Source: Methanobacteriota archaeon
GTDB lineage: Archaea > Thermoplasmatota > Thermoplasmata > SG8-5 > JAGLSY01
NCBI GenBank assembly: GCA_020697715.1
Contig: JAEHCO010000001.1
Span: 224,001-288,000 of the forward strand
DNA: 64,000 nt
Reading direction: 5' to 3'
Every line of letters starts with the position of its first letter. The stretch's first letter is position 1. The translations under genes were made by a program, and so were the position numbers. The notes beneath the pieces were generated by a model. That model did no database searches. It was given only the letters and a program-made list of their open reading frames with translations, and was not told the origin of the DNA. Positions 9,169 to 18,835 of this stretch are shown here, piece by piece.

Positions 9169-10362
9169 TCAACCCAATCCGCGAGATTTCAACAGACTTC
9201 GGACCTTATCGGCCAGCACGGTGGATGGAATATCGGGAAGTGATATCAGGGTCGTCTTTCCAACATGACCCTTACCGGATATCCTGAGGCTCAATAGTCC
9301 ATGACCATCCAGCTCCTTTAGATATTCCCAGAACCGGGTATGCGCCCGGGGAGTTTGCTCGAACTCCTCGGAGGCTATTGCATATGCTTTCTCGGCCTCA
9401 CTGGTCGTGATATAAGCCTTGGACCTTATGGCCATCGAAATGCCCAGCAATGCCAGTAATTTATGATCGGACAATGGGGTCATGATGGATTCGGTTATCA
9501 CGGAGTGTGTCATGGCCTTTGCAGATCTTATGTGATCTGGGGCGATCATTTCAGAATTTTCCTCACTGGCCATCATACCGGAATTCTCTAAAAGTTCTAT
9601 TCCAAATCGAGCATCACCCCATTCGGAAGAAATGTCCGCGATAAGCTCCACGGTCTCGTCCTCGATGGTTCCCGGATACAGGGCCAGTTCCACCCTGTCC
9701 CTGAGGATGTCCCATAATTGTTGCTTATCATAATTTTCGAATTGAATTGTATTGGTTCGCTTGAAAGTCGATAGTGTGGCCGGGTCAAGGAATTCGTAGA
9801 TCGGTCTCTGAGATATCAGAAGAAGTGATAATCGATGCTCCCCACCCATATTCTCCTCGTCGAACCTGGATAATGCATATAGAAGATCGGTGCCCGATCT
9901 CTTTATCAAGACATTGATCTCATCGAGAACGACGATGAGATTTACATTCTTCTTATCAATATGCTTTCTCAATATCTCCAGCATCTCCGTGGTGGAGAAG
10001 CCCCGATCCGGAAAGCCCTTGTCGAAATGATCGATAATCTTCAGAAGCACGCTGGCTGCCGTATTCCTCGCACGGCAGTTGACCACCACGAATTCCAGGC
10101 CCTTGTTCTTCTCATTGGCCCATTCCTTGAAATCGATGCAGAAACGTTTGGACAGAACGGACTTGCCAGTGCCCACATTACCTGTGAGAAAAGCACGCTG
10201 GCTCATATTCCCCTCTACTGTTTGTCGGAATATGGAGAACAGACGTTGCATCTCCTTGTCCCTGTGCACCAGTGACTGCGGTACGAATTCAAAGGATAGC
10301 TTGGCTGGATCCTTGATTATCTTCTGCTGATACTCGTCAAAGGGAGGCATCTCACTCAACAA
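9169..10362 (-). CDS. cdc6: Orc1/Cdc6 replication initiator
   Basis: FVPQSLVHRDKE, Walker A GNVGTGKS, VVVNCR, IVVLDE, GDAR, C-terminal winged helix. Confidence 0.92.
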   Translation of the reverse strand: MLSEMPPFDEYQQKIIKDPAKLSFEFVPQSLVHRDKEMQRLFSIFRQTVEGNMSQRAFLTGNVGTGKSVLSKRFCIDFKEWANEKNKGLEFVVVNCRARNTAASVLLKIIDHFDKGFPDRGFSTTEMLEILRKHIDKKNVNLIVVLDEINVLIKRSGTDLLYALSRFDEENMGGEHRLSLLLISQRPIYEFLDPATLSTFKRTNTIQFENYDKQQLWDILRDRVELALYPGTIEDETVELIADISSEWGDARFGIELLENSGMMASEENSEMIAPDHIRSAKAMTHSVITESIMTPLSDHKLLALLGISMAIRSKAYITTSEAEKAYAIASEEFEQTPRAHTRFWEYLKELDGHGLLSLRISGKGHVGKTTLISLPDIPSTVLADKVRSLLKSRGLG

Positions 10363-10474
10363 TATGATGCTTATATAAAGAATATTTCTTAATTAATAAA
10401 TAAATGAAAGGCTTAGATCCTATAATTTAATGCGAGATATTTATCGATCATAGATATGATAAATAATTGATAGC

Positions 10475-10714
10475 TCAATCATTAATGTTGAGGGCTATCA
10501 ATGTCTCGGTTGATTTGATCCCCTCAACAGCCCTCACATCATTCACCACTTGTGAGAGCATGGTGGCAACATTGTCGCCATTGATAGTCACAATAATATC
10601 ATAAGTTCCAGTGACAACATCGACATGACCAATTCCTTTCAAGGTCTTGACTATATCGACCACCTCCTCCAAATGGCCAGTTCCCACTTTAATTAGAACA
10701 TATATTGTTTCCAT
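10475..10714 (-). CDS. stand-alone Lrp/AsnC ligand-binding (RAM) domain protein
   Basis: YVLIKV...VTGTYDIIV...VRAVEGIKSTETLIA; start corrected to 10714. Confidence 0.85.
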   Translation of the reverse strand: METIYVLIKVGTGHLEEVVDIVKTLKGIGHVDVVTGTYDIIVTINGDNVATMLSQVVNDVRAVEGIKSTETLIALNIND

Positions 10715-10745
10715 TATCTCACTCTCTGATAGTTTATGGAGATAA

Positions 10746-10916
10746 TCATTCCATGGAGATCGCGGTGCTTGGGCACTCGTCAACGCAGATCCCGCAATCG
10801 ATGCATGAATCGGCATCCACTTTTGCGACATCGTTCATGGAGATGGCCCCTTCTGGGCAAGCATCGACACAGATCCCGCAAGCGGTGCAATCTTCTGATT
10901 TTACAACAGCTGGCAT
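10746..10916 (-). CDS. 2[4Fe-4S] ferredoxin (56 aa, below ORF-track cutoff)
   Basis: MPAVVKSEDCTACGICVDACPEGAISMNDVAKVDADSCIDCGICVDECPSTAISME*; GGAGG RBS. Confidence 0.93.
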   Translation of the reverse strand: MPAVVKSEDCTACGICVDACPEGAISMNDVAKVDADSCIDCGICVDECPSTAISME

Positions 10917-11065
10917 ATTCATCCTCCTATACTTATTGAACCCTGATGTGATAAGGGGTTTAAATCCCTTTTGTTTGTATGTAAAGGGATCGCAGAAGGT
11001 TTTTTATAATGTAAATCAAATATCTTACATGAAGCGAATTCGATGTTCGTTTCGGAGGAGTAGAC

Positions 11066-11314
11066 GTGGGCACAATAGATAAGTATAGCTTAGACAGGAT
11101 GAAAGGAGCGAGGATCGAGATCTCTTTTGACTGTCCGCAATGCAAGAAACAGAGAATAAATATGGTTGCGGATGGTGATCTGGACTTCTGGGATGGAGTT
11201 AAGTGTCATAAATGTGGCGCTAAGATAATCCTAGACAGCTTCAGCCTTGCTGTGATCAAGGAGAATGGCAAACCGGTGGCCAGTAAATCGGATGATGCCA
11301 TGGCGATGACCTGA
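11066..11314 (+). CDS. small zinc-ribbon protein
   Basis: CPQC...CHKC; GGAGG RBS before GTG. Confidence 0.65.
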   Translation: MGTIDKYSLDRMKGARIEISFDCPQCKKQRINMVADGDLDFWDGVKCHKCGAKIILDSFSLAVIKENGKPVASKSDDAMAMT

Positions 11315-11432
11315 ATCTTGTTTCGAGCTGCATAGTGATCGATACGATAGTGTGAGGCATGGCCATCTGTTTTTATTGAGGACACAAAGTCTATCCGATA
11401 ATCATAAGTCAACGTAATCGATACCATCGGCC

Positions 11433-12458
11433 ATGAAGCTCTTGGTCGAATTATCTGGAGAACAGCCAGCCATGGCTTTGTCCGAGGCAATGGGCGCTTG
11501 TCATGTGACATCACCCGTAGAGGATGTGCTGGGTGATGAACGAGCCGCGCTGGTCGACCAGGACATTGGAATGGCGGTCATAGACACGACCACCAGCTCT
11601 GATGATCTTGCTTCTCGTCTGGCATTGTGCTGGAACATATCCGAGTATCTTTTCTCCTTCATGGATATGGACATTGACGAACTCTTCGGAGCATTGGATC
11701 TTGACGGGAGATCATTCGCCATAAGGGTGAAAAGGACACACGATCTGTGGATACCGGAGGACAGCCAGCATCTCATTGACAGGATAGGCCAAGTGCTTGG
11801 AAGAACTGGCCGTGTTGACCTCAAGGACCCGGATATCACGCTCAGGATCATCATGGGCAAGAGACTTCACGCGGGTTGGTTGCTTCATGAAATTGATCGC
11901 AAGAGCTTCGAGGACAGGAAGCCCAAGAATAGGCCTTTCTCACACCCGATAAGCCTTCATCCGAGGTATGCGAGAGCATTGGTGAACCTGGCGCGTGTAC
12001 GGGCTGGCGACAGGTTACTGGATCCCTTTTGTGGAACTGGCGGCATACTGATCGAGGGAGGACTGGTCGGTGCTGACATCATTGGTTCCGACATAGACCC
12101 AAGAATGATCGAGGGGTGCGAGATGAACCTCGAGCATTATCTGGGCAAGGACTCTGGATCACAACTTCACGAACTGGATGTGGCAGATATAGAAAAGTTT
12201 GGAAAGGTGGATGCGATCGTTACCGATCCACCATATGGGCGATCTGCCAGTACTGCGAAGGAAGACGTGGAAGAGCTTTACATAAGGGCCTTTGGGTCTT
12301 TTGTAAAAATATTGAAATCAGGAGGAAGGTTAGCTATCGTGTTCCCTGACATGGAATTTGTGAAGTTGGCGGAAGAATATGTGAACCTTCTGGAGGTGCA
12401 TGAGCTCTTCGTCCACCGCAGCCTGACAAGACATTTCTGTGTTTTTGAAAAGATATGA
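11433..12458 (+). CDS. trm11: tRNA (guanine(10)-N2)-methyltransferase (THUMP + SAM domain)
   Basis: RPFSHPISLHPRYARALVNL, LDPFCGTGG, VTDPPYG, HRSLTR. Confidence 0.85.
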   Translation: MKLLVELSGEQPAMALSEAMGACHVTSPVEDVLGDERAALVDQDIGMAVIDTTTSSDDLASRLALCWNISEYLFSFMDMDIDELFGALDLDGRSFAIRVKRTHDLWIPEDSQHLIDRIGQVLGRTGRVDLKDPDITLRIIMGKRLHAGWLLHEIDRKSFEDRKPKNRPFSHPISLHPRYARALVNLARVRAGDRLLDPFCGTGGILIEGGLVGADIIGSDIDPRMIEGCEMNLEHYLGKDSGSQLHELDVADIEKFGKVDAIVTDPPYGRSASTAKEDVEELYIRAFGSFVKILKSGGRLAIVFPDMEFVKLAEEYVNLLEVHELFVHRSLTRHFCVFEKI

Positions 12459-12490
12459 TGAAGATTCCCAGATTTTAAAACATGGCGACA

Positions 12491-14059
12491 CTAGTTTCTT
12501 AATTCGAGGAATACCGTGAGCTCTTTCATGAACTCGTTCTCAAGGCCAGGTGCATTCTCCCTAGCATAGACACGGATGGTCACATTTCCGACCACATTCG
12601 GAGGTATGGTCATTCGTAATGTGATATTGACAGTATCCTGTAGATCCGGCTCGATATAGAACTCCGAATTAGCAGCTGGAGTATCATCTTCAAGCCACAA
12701 AGTTGCATTGGCCAGACTATAGTTCGTACTGGTGACTCCGATGGATACATTGGATTCCACATTTCCGGCAAAGGTCAGTATTATCAGCTCGGTTTCATTG
12801 ATCCAGTTAGTGGAGGAAGTGTACATGGTGATCGAATGGGAATCTGTGAGAGCATTGTCGGTCCCGACAAGATGAAGCTGTGTATCATATTGTATGGGCT
12901 CGACACTGAATGGTATCGGAACAAAACAAAGCACGAGTATGAGGGCGGCTGTAACACCTAATGCTTTTCTCTTGCCATCCAATTTTGTCACATCGTTCAA
13001 TGGTGGCGGATGCCTCAGACCCATCATCATTATGAGCATGGCGAAGATGATCCAGCCAGTGTACCACATTCCCATTACCAGCATCAATCCAAAGGCCGCG
13101 TAGCTGGCATATCTTGCTTTGTCCCCCAGGACGGCTCTGGCAATATGGCCACCGTCAAGCTGGCCAGCAGGAAGAAGATTGAGGGCGGTGACGAATATTC
13201 CCACCCAACCAGCGAAGGCCAGTGGATGGAGTACTATATCTTCTGGTATGAAAAGAAGATTCCTGATCATGATAAAGAAGGTTGACTCGCCTATCATCAA
13301 TGCCCCGCCACTAGTGGTGCCATAGCCAGCTGGTATCGTGATATCCGCTGATAGGATCAAACCTATTGCAGTTACTGGGATAGCCACGAGGAAACCAGCT
13401 ATAGGGCCGGATATGCCGATGTCCAGCAATGCTTTTTTATTCGGTATTGGTTCCCTGATGCTGATAAAGGCTCCCATAGTACCCAATGGTGGTATGAATA
13501 TCGGGGGCACTGGTATGAAAAAAGGAAGGGAAGCGGCCACACCATGTCTCTTGGCGGCCCAATAATGAGCCATTTCATGCACTCCCAGGATCAGCATCAA
13601 AGGTAGAGCAAAGAAGAAGGCCCCATTTGCAAGATTACTGAGACTGAAGATATCCATGTATGAATCGTATTCCATAGCATTGCTTGGGATCAGGAATATC
13701 CATAGAACCGCACCTGCCAAAATTGTGGTTATAATGGTCGCGATCAGCATGACGATATTGATGTTCTTTGACTTGAATTTCATGTCTGGCTGTTTAACAA
13801 CATGGATTATGTATTCCCCGCCCTTGTACTTCAAGATGGGGATGAAATTCTGGGATTTCATCTCAATACGGAGGGCTTCGAATCCGCCCTCCAGCTTATC
13901 TGCCGCGATATTGCAGGAAAGGGAAATGGTATTGAACTCCACACGTACTTCGTATATTGGAAAATACTTGCCAACTATGCCCTTGACAGTTTCAAGATCA
14001 TCCGAGAAGCTATCTGGCCGGGGTGGTGGAGGTATATTAGACCAACTGTCCATATACAT
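12491..14059 (-). CDS. site-2 protease (M50) with C-terminal beta-rich extracellular extension
   Basis: HEMAH, GPIAG, LNLLPAGQLDGGHI. Confidence 0.88.
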   Translation of the reverse strand: MYMDSWSNIPPPPRPDSFSDDLETVKGIVGKYFPIYEVRVEFNTISLSCNIAADKLEGGFEALRIEMKSQNFIPILKYKGGEYIIHVVKQPDMKFKSKNINIVMLIATIITTILAGAVLWIFLIPSNAMEYDSYMDIFSLSNLANGAFFFALPLMLILGVHEMAHYWAAKRHGVAASLPFFIPVPPIFIPPLGTMGAFISIREPIPNKKALLDIGISGPIAGFLVAIPVTAIGLILSADITIPAGYGTTSGGALMIGESTFFIMIRNLLFIPEDIVLHPLAFAGWVGIFVTALNLLPAGQLDGGHIARAVLGDKARYASYAAFGLMLVMGMWYTGWIIFAMLIMMMGLRHPPPLNDVTKLDGKRKALGVTAALILVLCFVPIPFSVEPIQYDTQLHLVGTDNALTDSHSITMYTSSTNWINETELIILTFAGNVESNVSIGVTSTNYSLANATLWLEDDTPAANSEFYIEPDLQDTVNITLRMTIPPNVVGNVTIRVYARENAPGLENEFMKELTVFLELRN

Positions 14060-14100
14060 TGATATAAAGTGGGTACTTAATAAGATTATGCAAGAATAGT

Positions 14101-16812
14101 CTATTCATCCTTGGCTGGCTTCTTCTTTTTGGATTCTTTTGCCAGTTCGATAGCACGCTCTCTCATCTCTTTGGCCTTTTCAGGGTCAGAACCAGGAACT
14201 GAGACCTGTGCGAAATCAGGTTTCCCGCCACCACCAGTCTTGAATTTCTGAGCAAGTGACTTGGCTATAGATCCACAATCGATCTCTCCTGATGAATCAG
14301 TTACATAAAGGACAGGTGGTCTTTCTTCAATGTTCAGGACCGCGAAGGAATCAGGATATTGAGATATCAACATTGAAGTGTTCTTTGCCATTGCGATCGA
14401 GCCAGGCACTGCAGTGGTGATGTAAAAGATACCATCCACTTCTTCTGCTTCTTCTCTGATCTTATCAACTAATTCTGTCGAATCCTTCTTCTCATCCTTC
14501 TTCCGAGCCCTGGATTTCTCCTTCCATTCCTTATGCATGGTCTCCACGGTCTCGGTGATCTTCTCATGGCTGACGCCCAATATCTCACTGGTGGTGGACA
14601 CCGTGTCATGATGGGTCTTCATCCACTCGTAAAGCGGACGGCCAGCAATGAATTCCAATCTTAGAACTCCATCCTGAATTCTACGGGTTCGCAGGAGCTT
14701 GATGAGGCCTATCTCAGTTGTTCGGGAGCAGTGAATTCCACCACAGGCCTCCACGTCAACACCCCTCACATCGATTATCCTCAGCTCGCGGCCAGGCACC
14801 GCCCCGCCCTGGTACAGCCTCATACCGTACTTCTTCTCGGCATCGGTCCTGTTCATGATATACGAATCAACAGGAATGTCCGCTATGACATAGGCATTGG
14901 CCTTTTCTTCTATCTCATGAAATTGATCAGGGGTGAGACTAGCATAATGAGTGATGTCTAATCTGGCCATATCCTCGCTCTTGTGGGCCCCGCTCTGCCA
15001 GATATGGTTTCCCAGAACTTCCCGGGCCGCGGCATTTATCAAATGCACCGCTGTGTGATGGCGCATGAGCTGTCTGCGACGTGGCCAGTTCAATTTTCCT
15101 GTAACTTCCATGCCTTCGGTGATCACATGGTCTTCATTGTCGATCGTATGGACCACCACATTTCCTATTGCCTGAACATCAGTAACCTTATATCCGCCCA
15201 GGGTGCCAGTGTCATTCTCCTGACCTCCCCCTTCGGCATAGAAATATGTCTTATCCAGAACAATATCCTTTCCAATGACCTTGATAACCTTGGCCTTGAA
15301 ATCATGAGTGTGGGAATCGGTGTAATATCCTAGCTCCGTGGGAGGGGCGTCTATTTTCCGAGTTTCATCAGCATCCTCTTTCTTCTCTGGAGCCTCATGC
15401 CTTCTGGCAACAGCCTGGTAGAAATCATCAGGTATGTCAAAATCAACACTGGCAAATTCCTGAACAACCTCTGGATTCAGTCCATGGGAGTCGTAAAGGT
15501 CCACCAATTGCTCTGTGCCAAAGGTCTTGTTCTCCGCCTTCATCTTCTCCTCCAGCCTGGTGATGAGGGAATGACCCTTTTTCAAAGTCTCCTCATACTT
15601 CCTGGATTCGACCTCGACCAGTTCCATGATATCGGAGCTATTTTCTTTGAATTCGGGGAATTCGTCCTTGAAATAATCGATATGACTGGCCACCATCTCC
15701 ACAAGAGGAAGTTCCACACCCAATGCGCTCATTGCCCTTGTCGCTCTACGTACCAGCAAGCGGGCGAAATACCCAGCCTTGACATTGGAGGGCATGATGC
15801 CATCATTCAGCATGAATGTGAGCGCCCTTGTGTGATCGCAAACAACGTAAATATTCTCCATTGGCTTTGTCTCGGTCTCCAGCTCTTCCACAGACAGTTC
15901 CATTCTCTTCGCCACTTGCTGTCTGAGTTCCCTTAGGCTTCCAGGATTGTCTATATTAAGTATGCCCGAGACCTTGGAGAACTCGCCCATGATCTTTTGA
16001 TCTGGCTTCACCCCTGAAAGGTTCTTCAATTTCTCCAATGGAGGACCGAAGACAGCCTCATAAGCACTGGATGTGCCCTGTGATATCCAGGATAATCTTT
16101 CAAGACCATAGCCTGTATCCACGACCTGCATGTCCAGCTTGGTCTTCGTACCTCCAGACTCAGCATACATCATGAAAACAAGAGTGGCCAATTCCACCCC
16201 ATCGACCATGACCTCCAGGCAAGGACCGGAGTTGCCACCGCCCTTCCAATCCGCCTCGATGTATGTTAGGCGATCATCAGGGATGCCGAAATCATTCCTG
16301 TAAAGAAGATCACAAAGCTCGACAGTTCGATCTTTGAAATAAATGAATTTATCCTGTTTATTGAAAACATGGTGAGCCATCATCTCGAACATGGTGAAAT
16401 GACTGCCAGTCCTTCCCACATTATCTATGTCATTGAACCTCACGCATGTCTGGGATAGAGTTAATGGATTTGCTGGTGGCTCCACAACGCCGCTTATCAC
16501 CCACGGCTGAAAGCCATAGATCGAGGCCTGTGTGAAGAATACGTCATCTCTCCATCTGGCAGTTATCGGGTATCTCTTTATCCGCGTGTGATCGTGCCTC
16601 TCGAAGAAGCTCAGATACTTCTCCCTTGTCTCGTGAAGTGAATATTTCTCCTTTGTTGGAGAATTACCTATGAAAGAGTACTCTATGCACGGAGATTCGC
16701 CACAAAGGTCCCTCTCTGTCCTGGCCCAGAAAAAGCGGCCACACTTGCCGCATTGCTGCCTGAGAAAGTCTTCTGTCTTGAAGAAATCCAGTTCGTACTC
16801 ACTCGCGGTCAT
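14101..16812 (-). CDS. alaS: alanine--tRNA ligase (archaeal type)
   Basis: N-terminal CGKC, ARWRDD, VDTGYGLER, editing HTAVH and CGGIHC. Confidence 0.96.
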   Translation of the reverse strand: MTASEYELDFFKTEDFLRQQCGKCGRFFWARTERDLCGESPCIEYSFIGNSPTKEKYSLHETREKYLSFFERHDHTRIKRYPITARWRDDVFFTQASIYGFQPWVISGVVEPPANPLTLSQTCVRFNDIDNVGRTGSHFTMFEMMAHHVFNKQDKFIYFKDRTVELCDLLYRNDFGIPDDRLTYIEADWKGGGNSGPCLEVMVDGVELATLVFMMYAESGGTKTKLDMQVVDTGYGLERLSWISQGTSSAYEAVFGPPLEKLKNLSGVKPDQKIMGEFSKVSGILNIDNPGSLRELRQQVAKRMELSVEELETETKPMENIYVVCDHTRALTFMLNDGIMPSNVKAGYFARLLVRRATRAMSALGVELPLVEMVASHIDYFKDEFPEFKENSSDIMELVEVESRKYEETLKKGHSLITRLEEKMKAENKTFGTEQLVDLYDSHGLNPEVVQEFASVDFDIPDDFYQAVARRHEAPEKKEDADETRKIDAPPTELGYYTDSHTHDFKAKVIKVIGKDIVLDKTYFYAEGGGQENDTGTLGGYKVTDVQAIGNVVVHTIDNEDHVITEGMEVTGKLNWPRRRQLMRHHTAVHLINAAAREVLGNHIWQSGAHKSEDMARLDITHYASLTPDQFHEIEEKANAYVIADIPVDSYIMNRTDAEKKYGMRLYQGGAVPGRELRIIDVRGVDVEACGGIHCSRTTEIGLIKLLRTRRIQDGVLRLEFIAGRPLYEWMKTHHDTVSTTSEILGVSHEKITETVETMHKEWKEKSRARKKDEKKDSTELVDKIREEAEEVDGIFYITTAVPGSIAMAKNTSMLISQYPDSFAVLNIEERPPVLYVTDSSGEIDCGSIAKSLAQKFKTGGGGKPDFAQVSVPGSDPEKAKEMRERAIELAKESKKKKPAKDE

Positions 16813-17252
16813 TGATTGGGGAAATAACCAACCGTTAATAAAGTTAATTAGTAAGTTATAGTGATTTAATTATACATTGATTATTACTTTTAGGCGGTTA
16901 TATGGTGCACGAACCACAGAATGGAAAATAATGAGATATTGGTTAATGCGCCACATGCCCTTTCTGCATTTTTTATGTGGGTATGTGGTGCATTCCCCGG
17001 TTATAACCAAATTCGATTTATATATGATAATAAACAATTGTCTTAGTGGGCAGGATGAGGGCTCCCCAAGATAAAGCTTGGGAGATGAGCCCTTATTGAA
17101 TACATCCCACACGTGGGGATTATTCAATAATAGGCAAGAGTATGAGGAGGCAGGAAGACCTGACGGGCAAAAGATGTCAGGTCCAATGAATTCAACCCAA
17201 GCATGGGATGGATCAATATAGGGTAGCCTATTGGACCACCAGGAGGATACGA

Positions 17253-17471
17253 ATGAAGAAAGAAAAGGGATACGAATACGAGCTATACATCACCAACCTC
17301 GACCCAGAAAGGAAGAGGACGAAGAGCATAGGGCTTAGTTCCAACGTTAGCTTTTCATCGGATACTGGTATGGAGTTCTGCAATTTGGGATTCTGCAATA
17401 TCCGGTTCAAGGGAACATTCAAAACCGAGGTGGTCCGCTTGCCCACACACAAAAATGTCATGCTTGCTTAA
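17253..17471 (+). CDS. small hypothetical protein (72 aa)
   Basis: Strong AGGAGG RBS before ATG 17253; upstream TATA-like TTTATATA near 17018. Confidence 0.55.
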   Translation: MKKEKGYEYELYITNLDPERKRTKSIGLSSNVSFSSDTGMEFCNLGFCNIRFKGTFKTEVVRLPTHKNVMLA

Positions 17472-17502
17472 GAGCATGACCATATTTATTGAAAAATTGA
17501 AT

Positions 17503-17530
17503 TAGCTTGAGCTGTTTTTAGCTCAAGCTA
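17503..17530. terminator. perfect 11-bp inverted repeat between convergent genes
   Basis: TAGCTTGAGCT-GTTTTT-AGCTCAAGCTA. Confidence 0.5.
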
Positions 17531-17567
17531 CATCTACTAAATAAATCTAAGAAATAAAAGATTTTAC

Positions 17568-18731
17568 TTAGATCACTTTCTTTTTGGCAACCTTTTCTTG
17601 CTCGATCTGAGTTCCGCAAGCATAGCACATGACTGCGTCTCCACTGATCATAGTGCCACAGGATGGACAGGCGATCTCTTCGTCGCCACCAGCTTCCTCA
17701 GCAGGTGCATCTTCAGCAGGTGCATCGCCACCAGCATCTTCGATCTGGGTTCCGCAAGCATAGCACATGACTGCATCGTCGCTGATCATGGTGCCACAGG
17801 ATGGGCAGGCTTTCTCGCCATCGCCACCAGCTTCCTCGGATGGGGCTTCTTCAACAAGCTCGACCTCGGGTTCTGCTGGAGCTTCTTCCTCGGCTGGGGC
17901 TTCCTCTTCTGCTGGGGCCTCTTCCTCGGCTGGGGCTTCCTCTTCTGCTGGGGCCTCTTCCTCGGCTGGGGCTTCCTCTTCTGCTGGAGCCTCTTCCTCG
18001 GCTGGGGCTTCCTCTTCTGCTGGAGCCTCTTCCTCGGCTGGGGCTTCCTCATATGGAGCCTCCTCAACTGGTGCTGGAGCAGATGCGGCCTGTGCAGCCA
18101 CACCTCTAAGGGATTCCTCTTTCTGAAGGAGTTCCTGCTCTCTTTCCATCAGCTTCTTACCATCCTCTATGATCTTCTCCTTATTGGAGTTGAGATCCTC
18201 CTCTTCCTTGGCCAATGTCTTCTCTCTCTCGAGAAGCTCTTCGCCCTTGGCCATAAGTTTGTCCACGATTCCTTTCAATTCTTCGTGGGCTTTTACCTGT
18301 TCCTCCTCCCTAGCAACGATAGCGTTCCTTTTCTCAGATATCTCGCCCTCAACTTTCTGGATATCTTCCATTTTTGAGTAGATCTCTGATTCTCTTGTGG
18401 CCAGATCCTGTTGTTTAGTGTTTATCTCGGACTCTCTGGATTCAAATCCCTTCTCCAGATCCTGGATCCTCGCCTTCTCGCTTTCGAACGCTTGCTTATC
18501 TGAATCAAGTTGGCTCTTCATCGAATCAACTTCACTCTTCATTGATTCGATCTCGCTGGTCTTAGAATTAAGTTCGGCCTCCTTGGCCTCGAATGAAGCT
18601 TTGAGCTCCTCAACTTCCTTTTCCTTCTCAACTACAGCATTCTCTTTGTTGCGCAGCTCTTCTTCTTTGCTCTTAAACTGTTCAGCCTGCTTTTGCATGA
18701 CTTCCCATAGTGATGGTTCTTCTCCGCCCAA
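17568..18731 (-). CDS. coiled-coil protein with (EEEAPA)n linker and duplicated double-zinc-ribbon modules
   Basis: Heptad-like E/K-rich N-terminal half; CPSCGTMIS.DAVMCYACGTQIE twice; TTG start after GGAGG. Confidence 0.8.
   Translation of the reverse strand: MGGEEPSLWEVMQKQAEQFKSKEEELRNKENAVVEKEKEVEELKASFEAKEAELNSKTSEIESMKSEVDSMKSQLDSDKQAFESEKARIQDLEKGFESRESEINTKQQDLATRESEIYSKMEDIQKVEGEISEKRNAIVAREEEQVKAHEELKGIVDKLMAKGEELLEREKTLAKEEEDLNSNKEKIIEDGKKLMEREQELLQKEESLRGVAAQAASAPAPVEEAPYEEAPAEEEAPAEEEAPAEEEAPAEEEAPAEEEAPAEEEAPAEEEAPAEEEAPAEEEAPAEPEVELVEEAPSEEAGGDGEKACPSCGTMISDDAVMCYACGTQIEDAGGDAPAEDAPAEEAGGDEEIACPSCGTMISGDAVMCYACGTQIEQEKVAKKKVI
17872..18068 (-). repeat. intragenic 18-bp tandem repeat (36-bp higher-order unit) encoding EEEAPA
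   Basis: About ten units such as GCTTCCTCTTCTGCTGGG / GCCTCTTCCTCGGCTGGG. Confidence 0.9.
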
Positions 18732-18835
18732 TTAAATTCCTCCAATTGTCTATTGTTTAAATTGCCCAACTTATGCCCAGTAAACATCTGATATATTAAG
18801 TAATTTTGCACGTGTTTTATCTGTTAATATACTGT

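Noticed and set aside
10363-10474. AT-rich region upstream of cdc6 as replication origin
   Set aside because: Short (~110 bp) with no recognisable ORB repeats or G-strings; explained as promoter/terminator DNA.
17872-18068. Regular repeats as a CRISPR array
   Set aside because: No unique spacers; in-frame coding tandem repeat; no cas genes in the window.
17598-18735. Plus-strand ORFs with SSAGA / WGFLF repeats, and similar antisense ORFs across the window
   Set aside because: Shadow frames of well-supported genes on the opposite strand.
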